Origin: a bacterium
GTDB lineage: Bacteria > Zhuqueibacterota > Zhuqueibacteria > Residuimicrobiales > Krinioviventaceae
Assembly: GCA_963675755.2 (NCBI GenBank)
Contig: CAXXMD010000002.1
Span: 1,760,001-1,824,000 of the forward strand
Reading direction: 5' to 3'
Length of the DNA stretch: 64,000 nt
The notes below the pieces were generated by a model. It did not search any database and was not told the DNA's origin. It worked only from the letters and a program-made list of their open reading frames with translations. Both the position numbers and the translations under genes were made by a program. Shown piece by piece: positions 1 to 9,915 of the stretch (the stretch's first letter is position 1; every line of letters starts with the position of its first letter).

Positions 1-80
1 TTTAAGACGTAATAATTCGGGACAAATGTCCCGTTACAATATTCCGTGATTCAGGGATCTGCATCACGATCATTTTCTTT

Positions 81-410
81 GCGTGACAGAGACCGCTTCG
101 CTTATCTCCGTCACGATCTTTCTTTCTTATTATAATCAGCAAGTTGCCCGGCACCTCCGAGGTGTCGAAAAAATCAGAATTAACACTTAAAAGTCTCAAG
201 ATCTACTCGCCGGTGCTTCGATATGCTCGTCCGCTTTCGCGGACTCGCACTCAGCAACCGGTTTTTTCCTTTTTCCTTTGCGTGACAGAGACCGCTTTGC
301 TTATCTCCATCACGATCTTTTTTCTTGTTATAATCAGCAAGTTGCCCGGCACCTCTGGGGTTTCTGATAACTTTGCGTGACAGAGACCGCTTCGCTTATC
401 TCCGTCACGA
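81..410. repeat. Three copies of a 36-bp hairpin repeat (GCGTGACAGAGACCGCTTCGCTTATCTCCGTCACGA) interleaved with other palindromes
   Basis: Copies at 81-116, 280-315 and 375-410. CGTGAC/GTCACG and GAGA/TCTC arms pair. A second repeat AATCAGCAAGTTGCCCGGCACCTC lies at ~134-157 and ~332-355. Confidence 0.85.
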
Positions 411-461
411 TCATTTTTACTTGTAATAATCAGTGTCTGGCCGCACTTGCAGATTCGTCTG

Positions 462-577
462 CAGTTCATTCAATCTGGGTAATCCGGAGAATCCTTTAAT
501 CAAGGTTGAAAATACAGCACAGTTCATTCAATCAGGGTAATCCGTAGAATCCTTAAATCATGGTTAAAAAAACACCT
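462..577. repeat. 58-bp imperfect tandem duplication built of 9-bp-period AATC units
   Basis: CAGTTCATTCAATCTGGGTAATCCGGAGAATCCTTTAATCAAGGTT at 462 recurs as CAGTTCATTCAATCAGGGTAATCCGTAGAATCCTTAAATCATGGTT at 520. Confidence 0.8.
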
Positions 578-653
578 TTGCACTGAATATTCTTCAACGC
601 TACATTGTTATTTTATTGATGAATTACCCAACCTGTAGCAAGCGGGCAGTAAA

Positions 654-2366
654 ATGGATTTGAAAAGAATACTCTTAATTACACTGATTTTTTTGGGAAA
701 CGTTTTATTTGCGGAAAACTATTTGATCAATGGCGGTCAGGAATCGCAGATCAATTACTTGATGGTGCAAAAAATAGAACCGGCACGCGGTACCAAAAAA
801 TTGTTAATGAGCTATGTGGTTCCCACATCATTCAGTTCGCCTACTTACCAGCAGCGAATCAGCAAATACAATATTATATTTTCGGAAAAACCCAACTCCC
901 GTAGGGATTATCTAGACGACCGCGGTAACAAAATCGTTCGTGTAGTATGGAACAGGCCGCGAAAATCCATCGAAACCACCATTTCTATTCAAGCACACAA
1001 TACCACCAGTTTGAACGCGCTCGAAACCAGAGCCTCATTCCCTGTCCGTTCAATACCGAGAGAGATTCAGCCCTATCTTGCTTCAACCCAGCAAACCCCG
1101 GCAAACGATCCCATGATCCAATCTACCGCCCGCAAACTCACCCGGGACAGTGAAACAATATTCGATGCGGTACAAAACATACTCGCCTGGGTAGTAGACC
1201 ACATGACCTATGTACTTATCCCGCAGCAATATGATGCCATGTACTCGTTTCAAACCGGCAAGGGCAATTGTCAGAATTATTCGCACTTGTCAGCATCTTT
1301 GATGCGCGCAGTGGGCATTCCCGCGCGGATTGTCAATGGCGTTACCTTGAAAGAACCCTACGAAATTGAGACCCCACGCGGAATCTTTACCATGAAAATG
1401 GCACAAGGACGACATTCATGGATTGAGGTCTGGTTCCCGGATTTGGGATGGGTACCGTTCGATCCGCAGCAGACTGCTTTATATGTGAGCAACCGGTTTA
1501 TTCGTATAGAAGTGGGTGTGGACAATGACGACACCTCAAACGACGGACTGGTACGCTGGTCCTTGAGTCGGGGATACCGTGGCAAGCCCGGTTTTGAAGA
1601 ACTGATTCATGCGGATTTTAAACGGGACCAGGTCAAGCTTTTAGCTGAACGACAGGATTGGGGCCCCGCGAAATTATTATTTTATCCCGAGGTTCAATCC
1701 GAGTACAACCGTTCCCTTGCCCAGGTACAGTATTCTGCAGTACAGGCTGTATCACCTCAGGAAATGAACAATGCCAGCTTTAGTCGTAAATCCATTACGG
1801 GTAACCTGGAATTCCCGGAAAACATTTCATTTATCGAAACACGGGGACCAGCTACGAGTGTAGAAAGCGAAAATCCGGAAGATGAAGAACTAGAGATGCG
1901 TAAAAACTTTTTGGTGGAAACTGCCGAATATGTAACCACACAGGGCACTCAATACGCGCAAACGTTTATACTAAATGAACCAACTAAATTAGAATCTGCA
2001 GCCCTTGCCCTGCATAAATTTGGCGGCAGCGGACAGCTCTGGCTGGAACTTTATAAAGACGACGGAAACGGTAAACCCGGCGAATATATCTCTACCAGTG
2101 AATATATGCCGGTTAAAAAATTACCGCAATCACAGGGCTATTCCTGGATAGATTTTGCATTTGATAATGGAACGCCCCCCCTGTCTCCCGGACGCTACTG
2201 GCTGGCTTTGGGGTTCACTGGTAGTCCTATTATCAACTGGTTTTACACCTATGGCAAATCCGTTGGGCCCATTGACGGCACCAGATACAAGACTTTATTT
2301 GATGATACCTGGGGCCGCAGCCTTACTTTTGAATTTAATTATCGAATAACCGGGCTAACACCATAA
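654..2366 (+). CDS. Secreted transglutaminase-like domain protein (paralog 1)
   Basis: 570 aa. Signal peptide; transglutaminase-like triad motifs GNCQNYSH (Cys), GRHSW (His), GWVPFDP (Asp); uncharacterised beta-rich C-terminal domain. Confidence 0.85.
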   Translation: MDLKRILLITLIFLGNVLFAENYLINGGQESQINYLMVQKIEPARGTKKLLMSYVVPTSFSSPTYQQRISKYNIIFSEKPNSRRDYLDDRGNKIVRVVWNRPRKSIETTISIQAHNTTSLNALETRASFPVRSIPREIQPYLASTQQTPANDPMIQSTARKLTRDSETIFDAVQNILAWVVDHMTYVLIPQQYDAMYSFQTGKGNCQNYSHLSASLMRAVGIPARIVNGVTLKEPYEIETPRGIFTMKMAQGRHSWIEVWFPDLGWVPFDPQQTALYVSNRFIRIEVGVDNDDTSNDGLVRWSLSRGYRGKPGFEELIHADFKRDQVKLLAERQDWGPAKLLFYPEVQSEYNRSLAQVQYSAVQAVSPQEMNNASFSRKSITGNLEFPENISFIETRGPATSVESENPEDEELEMRKNFLVETAEYVTTQGTQYAQTFILNEPTKLESAALALHKFGGSGQLWLELYKDDGNGKPGEYISTSEYMPVKKLPQSQGYSWIDFAFDNGTPPLSPGRYWLALGFTGSPIINWFYTYGKSVGPIDGTRYKTLFDDTWGRSLTFEFNYRITGLTP

Positions 2367-2429
2367 ATATCAATATATTATATTTTTTACCAGGATTTGA
2401 TTTATATCAACTTTTTTTGCATTAGGGGA

Positions 2430-2457
2430 TTGACAAAAGACTGGAATTTATTATATT
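2430..2457 (+). promoter_or_regulatory. Putative sigma-70 promoter for transglutaminase paralog 2
   Basis: TTGACA (2430-2435), 16-bp spacer, TATATT (2452-2457), about 50 bp upstream of the ATG. Confidence 0.5.
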
Positions 2458-2506
2458 AGACCGGTTAGCATATTTACTCCGTTTTGGGGTTTTGAAGGAG
2501 AACATT

Positions 2507-4207
2507 ATGAAGTTAAAAATTATAACCATCCTTTTAATATCCACATTTATAACATCTTTTGCAGAAAATTATTTAATCAATGGCGGACAGGAATCTCAAA
2601 TCAATTATCAGATGGTGCAAAAGGTTGTTCCGGCATCCGGCACTAAAAAGCTGAAACTCTCTTATGTGGTTCCGGTAACATTTACATCCCCCACGTACAA
2701 CCAACGTATCAGTCAATTTGATGTCAATTTTTCACTCCAACCGGATAAACGTAATGAAACAACAGACAAACGTGGTAATAAAATTATCCAGGTAGAGTGG
2801 GACAATCCCAGCATGTCTACACCCATCAACACAACAATAACCATAATTGCCATGAACCAGACGCGGTTGCAGCAGCTGCAAACCAGCGCACCCTTTCCGC
2901 TCACCAGCCTTGAAAAATCCGAACGCCAGTATCTGGAATCGACCGAACAGGTGCCCTCTTCCAACGCGCGCATTATTCAAAAAGCAAAACAGTTGACCAA
3001 CGGATCCAAAACCGAATTTGATGCTGTACAGAAAATATTAACCTGGGTTGTGGATCATATGAACTATGTCCTTTTACCCAAAAGTTACAATGCCATGTAC
3101 TCGTTTGAAACGGGTAAAGGCAACTGTCAAAACTATTCACATTTAGCAGCCGCACTGATGAAAGCTGTGGGCATACCGGCACGTATTGTTAATGGTGTAA
3201 CCCTGAAACAACCCTATGATATCAGTACCAACCAGGGTACCCTGACCATGAAGATGGCCCAGGGCCGCCACTCGTGGATTGAAGTCTACTTTCCTGATTT
3301 AGGATGGGTACCTTTCGATCCGCAGCAGACTGCCTTATATGTCAGCAATCGCTTTGTCCGCGTAGAGATCGGTCTGGACAATGAGGAAACCGCCAGCGAC
3401 GGCTTGATCCGCTGGACCCAGAGCCGGGGACACGATGACATTCCACGCTTTGAAGAGGTGATCGATGCTGCTTTACCGGGTGATCGTGTACAGTTGACCG
3501 CAACCAAACAAAACTGGGGACCGCAAAAGCTCATGTTTTATCCCCAGGTGGAAGCAAACTTTACCAAAGTCTCTACTCCCAAACCCCCGCCCCCTCAAAA
3601 AGTACCGCAAAGCGATCTTGAACGTATGAACTATAATACGCCTTATATGTTTGGGAATTTGGAATATCCTCAAAACATGGATTTCATGTCTGTACGCGGA
3701 CCAGCGCAATCCACCGGTGAAGAGGGCGGCAAAGAAATGCGCAAAAACTTTTTGGTTGAAACCGCCGAGTATGTAACCACACGCGGCAACCAATACGCGC
3801 AGACATTTATATTAAAAAAGCCTATGAAAATGCTCAAAACCGGACTCGCCCTGCACAAATTTGGCGGTGACGGCCAACTCTGGATTGAACTATATAAAGA
3901 CGACGGCAGTGGCAAACCCGGCGACTATATCGCAACCAGCGATTACCTGCCCCTGGCAAACCTGTCTTTTGCGCCAGGATACCGATGGGTGGATTTTAAT
4001 TTCTCAGACGCTCCCCTGCTCTCTCCCGGTCGCTATTGGATAGCCATGGGATTTACCGGCAGCCCCATTATCAACTGGTTCTACAGTTATGGAAAACCCG
4101 TAGGCCCGGCAGACGGCACGCGCTACAAAACCCTGTTTGACGAAGGCTGGAGCCGCAGTCTCAATTTTGAGTTCAATTATCGGGTAGCGGGGTATTCGAC
4201 GAAATAA
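2507..4207 (+). CDS. Secreted transglutaminase-like domain protein (paralog 2)
   Basis: ATG 2507 follows an AAGGAG RBS (ORF track begins at 2492). Same triad motifs; collinear with 654..2366; Pro-rich linker PKPPPP. Confidence 0.85.
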   Translation: MKLKIITILLISTFITSFAENYLINGGQESQINYQMVQKVVPASGTKKLKLSYVVPVTFTSPTYNQRISQFDVNFSLQPDKRNETTDKRGNKIIQVEWDNPSMSTPINTTITIIAMNQTRLQQLQTSAPFPLTSLEKSERQYLESTEQVPSSNARIIQKAKQLTNGSKTEFDAVQKILTWVVDHMNYVLLPKSYNAMYSFETGKGNCQNYSHLAAALMKAVGIPARIVNGVTLKQPYDISTNQGTLTMKMAQGRHSWIEVYFPDLGWVPFDPQQTALYVSNRFVRVEIGLDNEETASDGLIRWTQSRGHDDIPRFEEVIDAALPGDRVQLTATKQNWGPQKLMFYPQVEANFTKVSTPKPPPPQKVPQSDLERMNYNTPYMFGNLEYPQNMDFMSVRGPAQSTGEEGGKEMRKNFLVETAEYVTTRGNQYAQTFILKKPMKMLKTGLALHKFGGDGQLWIELYKDDGSGKPGDYIATSDYLPLANLSFAPGYRWVDFNFSDAPLLSPGRYWIAMGFTGSPIINWFYSYGKPVGPADGTRYKTLFDEGWSRSLNFEFNYRVAGYSTK

Positions 4208-4283
4208 ATACGTAAAACGGTAAATGTTAGATGTAAGACGTTGAAGGGAAGAGTTTTAAGATTAATATCTTATATCCTACTCC

Positions 4284-4314
4284 CTGATTGTAAGGGCGGA
4301 TCTGCGTGTCCGCC
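4284..4314 (+). repeat. GTAA-type REP palindrome, copy 1
   Basis: CTGATT-GTAAGGGCGGATCTGCGTGTCCGCC; GGCGGA/TCCGCC stem. Other copies at 6323, 9846 (truncated) and 11127. Confidence 0.8.
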
Positions 4315-4595
4315 TTTTTTTTTTCAATAGGATGCATAGAATTAAAGAATTATTAGGATTAAAATCTGGTCTATTTTCAAATCCAATCACCCAATTCATC
4401 CTAAAAACCTGAATTCAGGCAAGTATATTAAGCCACAAATCTGCACGGATTGCTTACTTTTCCTTGATCATTTATTTCAACAAGCCAACTGAGTGAAATG
4501 TAATATCTATTTTGAAAAGAGGATAATTATTTCTACATTTATTTAACAAATCAATACAATTTCAAAGTTATTCATTAATACCCAAGGGGGCATGA

Positions 4596-6293
4596 ATGAA
4601 AATCCTTTTTTCAATTTGCACAATATTAATTTTATTTATTCCATCTTATTCGTTTACAAAAGAATACATACTTTATCAAAATAGAATTGATACAAACATA
4701 CCTCAATTGGATATTGAGACAGTAGAAATCCCACAAAAATCAGATTTCACACCAATCAACAAATGCCAACTTGACAGCATTATATATACAACTGAAGGAC
4801 AAGATATTACACACAAGATGTATTTTGATTATATAAAACCAGGGTACATAAGCTTCCTTTTATTAAATACATTTAATCCGGAAACCGGTCAGTGGGGAAA
4901 TTATAGTCGCACTACATTTACTTATAATGCCACCTGGGATACCCAAACTTCAATCACCCAGAGGTGGGACGATGATAAGGAATCATGGAATGATGGAACT
5001 CGGTACATAAAAAAGTATGACAATAATAACAATCTATTATCAAATCATTCAATGACTTGGAATGATTTAAATAATAAATGGAATAATAGAATAAAATATA
5101 CATATACATATGATAACAGAAATAACATGTTATCATATATTAGTCAGAGATGGAATAATGATGCCAATGATTGGTTCACAGAAATTGAATATATATATTC
5201 TTATGACGAAAATGATTCTGTTTTAACATATCAATGGAATAGTTTTATAAATAACAATCTATCGAGTAGCCAATTAACTGAAAACAAATATGATGAAAGA
5301 GGAAATAAAATATTTGCTCATGAACGTTCAATGAATTTAACAATAGGGGAAATTACCTGGCAAGAAGGTGCTAGAACTACTTTGACTTATAATGATGAAA
5401 ATAAATTAACCAGCAAACTGCTTGAATATTGGATTAAAGAAGCAAAAAAATGGGAACCCTATTCACAAGAATTATATACCTATGATGAAAACAGTAACAA
5501 GTTATCATATTGTATCCAAAATTGGCATCCGGAATATCATATATGGATTGATTATTATAAAATGATTTATACATATAATGAATATAATAAAGTAGATACT
5601 TATTTAGGATCAAGATGGGATATAGATGAGAAAAGATGGATCGATACACAAAAAATCACATATTATTATAACAGTATGGGAGAACTCTTATCTCAATTAG
5701 AGGTTATTTGGTATGAAAATCAATGGAGAAATAATTTCCGAACAACATATGCATATGGTTTGGATAACTCTGAAATTAAAACAGTAGAAAGCTGGGAGTA
5801 CTCGATTAATGAGTGGCGTTATCAACATAAATTAATACAAAAACACGATAATAATAATTGTTTAACATACTGGAATTTAAAAACCTGGAGAAATGGTGCA
5901 TGGGAAAACAACCAAACCTTAACAAATGAGTTTACTACAAGTAATATTGATTTTGAAATAAATTGTAGCGAATTGTATGCTTATTACTCACAACCTGCAA
6001 CAAGAGTAGAAAACCAGAACAAAAATGTTAACACTTTTGAACTTGCACAAAACTATCCCAATCCCTTTAATCCCACTACAACAATAAACTATTCAATCGA
6101 AAAAGCATCTCATGTAAAACTCGGCATATATAACACATTAGGGCAGCTTGTATCCGTTTTGGTTGATATACTTCAACAACCCGGCAAATACAGTGTAAAA
6201 TATAATGCAAATCAATCTTGTAGTGGAGTTTATTACTACAAGCTTGAAACCGGAGAGCAAAAAAGTATACGCAAAATGTTGTATCTAAAATAG
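4596..6293 (+). CDS. Secreted repeat protein with T9SS/FlgD-like C-terminal domain
   Basis: 565 aa, AT-rich. Signal peptide; ~31-aa Trp/Tyr repeats (W.N..KYTYTYD..NN); C-terminal LAQNYPNPFNPTT...GVYYYKL...RKMLYLK. Confidence 0.8.
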   Translation: MKILFSICTILILFIPSYSFTKEYILYQNRIDTNIPQLDIETVEIPQKSDFTPINKCQLDSIIYTTEGQDITHKMYFDYIKPGYISFLLLNTFNPETGQWGNYSRTTFTYNATWDTQTSITQRWDDDKESWNDGTRYIKKYDNNNNLLSNHSMTWNDLNNKWNNRIKYTYTYDNRNNMLSYISQRWNNDANDWFTEIEYIYSYDENDSVLTYQWNSFINNNLSSSQLTENKYDERGNKIFAHERSMNLTIGEITWQEGARTTLTYNDENKLTSKLLEYWIKEAKKWEPYSQELYTYDENSNKLSYCIQNWHPEYHIWIDYYKMIYTYNEYNKVDTYLGSRWDIDEKRWIDTQKITYYYNSMGELLSQLEVIWYENQWRNNFRTTYAYGLDNSEIKTVESWEYSINEWRYQHKLIQKHDNNNCLTYWNLKTWRNGAWENNQTLTNEFTTSNIDFEINCSELYAYYSQPATRVENQNKNVNTFELAQNYPNPFNPTTTINYSIEKASHVKLGIYNTLGQLVSVLVDILQQPGKYSVKYNANQSCSGVYYYKLETGEQKSIRKMLYLK

Positions 6294-6316
6294 AATACCT
6301 ACAAATTGCCTGACCT

Positions 6317-6348
6317 CTGATTGTAAGGGCGGACCTGCATGTCCGCCC
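6317..6348 (+). repeat. GTAA-type REP palindrome, copy 2
   Basis: CTGATT-GTAAGGGCGGACCTGCATGTCCGCCC, a direct repeat of 4284-4314 including the CTGATT leader. Confidence 0.8.
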
Positions 6349-6657
6349 ATTTTTATGACTTGAGAATACTTAACAGTAATTCTGAAACAGATTCAACCAA
6401 GCCTCGTATTATTGTTTAAATCCAATTTCACTAAAAAGAGGAGGCTTTCACAAAAGTCAATAGCTGCCAGCTCTATTCCTGATAACTGAAAACCTTTTCA
6501 CATCTCACATAGATTCAGTCAACCAGCTACCGCATTTTTCTCTGTATTTATTCTCAACAAATCTCCCTCAAAAAAATTTATTTTTTTATTAAAAAATCAT
6601 TCTATATTAGATAAAATATTTCACTCCCTTAACAGATTACTCAGAAAGGACCGGTCT

Positions 6658-9600
6658 ATGCACTACACCCGTCTGCGTAGTATAATCCTGGCTGTATTTT
6701 TATCCATATTTTGTATTGCATCATCAAATTTGACAGCACAATCCACAGATCCCATGGAGACACTGAATCTTTTGGCATTCGGCAGTGTGGGACAATTAAA
6801 ATATCAAATGGGCGGCAAGCCCGGTGGAGAAGCGGTTGACCTTGACGATTCGGGTTGGGACGTTACTTTTCCCGGCTACAAATGGCCTCAGGGCAATACC
6901 AATGTATGGTTTCGCAGTACTGCGATTATTCCGGAAAAGCTGGGTGGGTTCTCCCTCATTGGTAGAAAAATGACCCTCTATCTCTATATCGACAACGGCG
7001 GCGATGTTTTTGTAAATGGTGATTCGCTTGGAACGTTCGAATGGGGCACTGCCGAGTTTGTTGTATCTGAGAATCTGCAGCCCGGAGATACATATGTAAT
7101 GGCTGTTCGCGGAATTAATCGTCCCGGTTGGGGCAAGGTGAGCGAGTACCGCATCGAGTACAGCGGAATGGAAGCATTTCAGAAGAAATTGCAGGACAAG
7201 GTCTGGGGATTAATGATCGCCAAGCATGCTGCTCAAACCCTCTCTGAAAAACCGGATTACTGGATAAACGAGATTGACAAAACCGCGGAGCGTATCATCA
7301 ACTCTGATGCCTACAAATCCGGAGATGAAAACGCGTTTCTGGCGGTATTTGATGAGGAAAACAAAGGTCTTGACGGTCTGAAAAAAGAACTTGAGCAATA
7401 TAAAATATTTGCCGCCGGTTATGCCCATATTGATCTTGCATGGCTCTGGCCCTGGATTGAAACTGTCGAGGTAGTCAAGAATACCAGCGAATCGGTTTTA
7501 AACATTATGGACAGAGTACCCGAGTTTAAATACAGTATGGGACAGGCACATGCCTATGAATGGATGGAAATCTATTACCCCAAACTATTCAAAGCCATAC
7601 AGGATAAAGTGAAACAAGGCAAATGGGAGATTGTTGGTGGCCAATGGGTAGAACCGGATGGCAACATTCCCTCTGGCGAGAGTTTTGTACGTCAGTCCCT
7701 GTACGGAAAGCGATATTTTCGGGATAAATTTGGTGTGGATGTCAAGGTCTGCTGGCTACCGGATACGTTCGGATTCAACTGGAACCTGCCGCAGATCCTT
7801 GCGCGCAGTGGCATGGAAGCGTTTCTTACCAAACGTTATCACCTGGACGACAGTAAAAACTTTCCCCATCGATTGTTCCGCTGGTCAAGTCCGGATGGCA
7901 GTTCTATAATCGCATACTGTCCACGAGACGGATATATGCATGACCTGAACGGCGAACAGCTTGTTGATTTTCTGGCAGACGAAAAAACCGAACTGGACAG
8001 TGGTCGGGAACTGGTATTGTATGGTGTAGGAAACCACGGCGGTGGCCCTACCATGGAAATGCTTGAACGGGGACTGCGGGCACAGTCCGCTCCGGCTTAC
8101 CCACAGGTTGAACTGGTAGATTCAAAAAGCTTTTTTGATGCGTACAGCGTAAAAGAAAAAGCCAATCTGGCAAACTGGAACAATGAGCTGTATCTGGAAC
8201 GCTTTCGGGGATGTTATACTTCGCAGGCAAAAACCAAACAGCACAACCGTAAAAGCCAGGTCATGATCAAAACCGCGGAAAAATCCGCAGCCATAGCTTC
8301 TCTTTACGGTTACACTTATCCTTCTGAAAACATATTTGATGTGTGGCGCACCATCATGTTTAACCAGTTTCACGATATATTACCCGGCACTTCTATCCCC
8401 GCGGTGTATCACGATACCGAGATTGAATATACAAAAGCGGAACAGCTCGCCGGGCTCATCACCCAACGATCCATGCAGTCGCTTGCAGAACAAATAGACA
8501 CCCGCGGCAAGGGTGAAGCCCTGCTACTGTTTAATCCTTTATCCTGGGACCGATCAGGTCCGGTTGAGATAGAACTGGACGATCTGGATAAAGAGAAAAT
8601 GTGGAGCGTTCTGGACGAGCATGGTAACGCGGTTGCCTCTCAGATCATAGAAAAGTCCGCTTTGGGTGCAAAACTGTTATTCATTGCTAAAGAGGTTCCC
8701 TCGTACGGTTACAAAGTTTACCGGCTTGTGGAAGGTCATTCTACACAGCGCACTGAACATTTGGAATTTACCCGCACAATGCTTGAAAACCGACACCTCC
8801 GTATAGAAATCGACAAATCCACCGGTCTGGTCAGCCGCATATACGATCGCAATAATGCCAAAGAAGTACTTGCAAATGATAAAGGTAATCAATTACAGCT
8901 TTTGCCAAACGACACCAACGATGCCTGGAACGTACATTTTTCAAAACCACCCATCAATATCGACAATCTGATTGAAACCGAACTGGTAGAAGTGGGACCC
9001 GTACGGGCCACCATCAAGGTTAAATCCGGATATTGCGGTGGAGGCAAACGTGCGCCAACAGAGGATTTTCCCACCTCTTTTTTCACCCAGTACATCTCTT
9101 TGTATGATGGATTACCGTACATGGAAGTAAGGAATGAGGTCGTGTGGTGGGAAGACCAAAAGGTGCTCAAGGTCAAATTCCCCCTCAATGTTCAGGCGGA
9201 TACCGCTCGTTACGAGATCCCCTACGGCAGTATTGGGCGTCCCACCGGCACTGAAACCGCCTTTGAAAAAGCACGCTATGAAGTCCCGGCGCAACGCTGG
9301 GCAGATTTGTCCGACGGTAGTTTTGGTGTCAGTCTCATCAACGATTGTAAACACGGATACGACATTAAAGGCAGCGACATGCGGCTCTCTTTACTGCGCG
9401 CGCCTACGTATCCCGATCCCCTGGCTGATCGGGGATACCAGCATTTCAACTATGCTATCTATCCGCACAAGGGCGATTATGTGCAAGGTAATGTAACCCG
9501 CCAGGGATACGCCTTTAACGAACCCATCTATGCCCTGCGCACGGGTTCTCACAAGGGAAGTCTGTCAAAATCGTATTCGTTTGTTCAGATCGATGCGGAC

Positions 9601-9846
9601 AATGTAATACTAAATGCATTGAAAAAATCAGAAGACGACAACGACTGGATTGTTCGGGTATATGAAACCGCGGGCCAATCTACTTCCGTCAATGTGACCT
9701 TTGACCGGCAGGTATCCGCTGCTCAGGAAGTGAACCTGATTGAAGATCCCATAGGTGATGTAAAAACTATCAAAAACGGATTCACATTTGACATCAAGCC
9801 CCGCGAAATCCGGAGTTTTAAGGTAAGGCTGGACTCTGATAGATAG
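6658..9846 (+). CDS. Alpha-mannosidase, glycoside hydrolase family 38
   Basis: 1062 aa. GH38 motifs AHIDLAWLWP, WLPDTFG, NQFHDILPG, LSLLRAPT; signal peptide. Confidence 0.92.
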   Translation: MHYTRLRSIILAVFLSIFCIASSNLTAQSTDPMETLNLLAFGSVGQLKYQMGGKPGGEAVDLDDSGWDVTFPGYKWPQGNTNVWFRSTAIIPEKLGGFSLIGRKMTLYLYIDNGGDVFVNGDSLGTFEWGTAEFVVSENLQPGDTYVMAVRGINRPGWGKVSEYRIEYSGMEAFQKKLQDKVWGLMIAKHAAQTLSEKPDYWINEIDKTAERIINSDAYKSGDENAFLAVFDEENKGLDGLKKELEQYKIFAAGYAHIDLAWLWPWIETVEVVKNTSESVLNIMDRVPEFKYSMGQAHAYEWMEIYYPKLFKAIQDKVKQGKWEIVGGQWVEPDGNIPSGESFVRQSLYGKRYFRDKFGVDVKVCWLPDTFGFNWNLPQILARSGMEAFLTKRYHLDDSKNFPHRLFRWSSPDGSSIIAYCPRDGYMHDLNGEQLVDFLADEKTELDSGRELVLYGVGNHGGGPTMEMLERGLRAQSAPAYPQVELVDSKSFFDAYSVKEKANLANWNNELYLERFRGCYTSQAKTKQHNRKSQVMIKTAEKSAAIASLYGYTYPSENIFDVWRTIMFNQFHDILPGTSIPAVYHDTEIEYTKAEQLAGLITQRSMQSLAEQIDTRGKGEALLLFNPLSWDRSGPVEIELDDLDKEKMWSVLDEHGNAVASQIIEKSALGAKLLFIAKEVPSYGYKVYRLVEGHSTQRTEHLEFTRTMLENRHLRIEIDKSTGLVSRIYDRNNAKEVLANDKGNQLQLLPNDTNDAWNVHFSKPPINIDNLIETELVEVGPVRATIKVKSGYCGGGKRAPTEDFPTSFFTQYISLYDGLPYMEVRNEVVWWEDQKVLKVKFPLNVQADTARYEIPYGSIGRPTGTETAFEKARYEVPAQRWADLSDGSFGVSLINDCKHGYDIKGSDMRLSLLRAPTYPDPLADRGYQHFNYAIYPHKGDYVQGNVTRQGYAFNEPIYALRTGSHKGSLSKSYSFVQIDADNVILNALKKSEDDNDWIVRVYETAGQSTSVNVTFDRQVSAAQEVNLIEDPIGDVKTIKNGFTFDIKPREIRSFKVRLDSDR

Positions 9847-9910
9847 TAAGGGCGGACCTGCGTACTCATTCACTTTTCCATTCTCGTGCCCAGGCTCTGC
9901 CTGGGTACGA
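9846..9910. repeat. Truncated GTAA-REP followed by a CTCGT-type REP
   Basis: GTAAGGGCGGACCTGCGT at 9846-9863 (3' arm missing); CTCGTGCCCAGGCTCTGCCTGGGTACGA at 9883-9910. Confidence 0.75.
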
Positions 9911-9915
9911 TTTGA

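Noticed and set aside
81-410. Possible CRISPR array (three 36-bp repeats)
   Set aside because: Spacers are unequal (~163 and ~59 bp) and themselves repetitive, and no cas genes are present; better explained as REP-like repeats.
2-469. Short ORFs 2..199, 144..380 and 251..469
   Set aside because: Translations of the repeat mosaic with no protein-family signal.
4596-6293. YD-like repeats as an RHS toxin
   Set aside because: No RHS core DPxG cleavage motif, toxin tip or immunity gene; the protein ends in a secretion CTD.
6439-6458. GAGGCTTTCACAAAAGTC, resembling an IS end
   Set aside because: No partner inverted repeat or transposase nearby.
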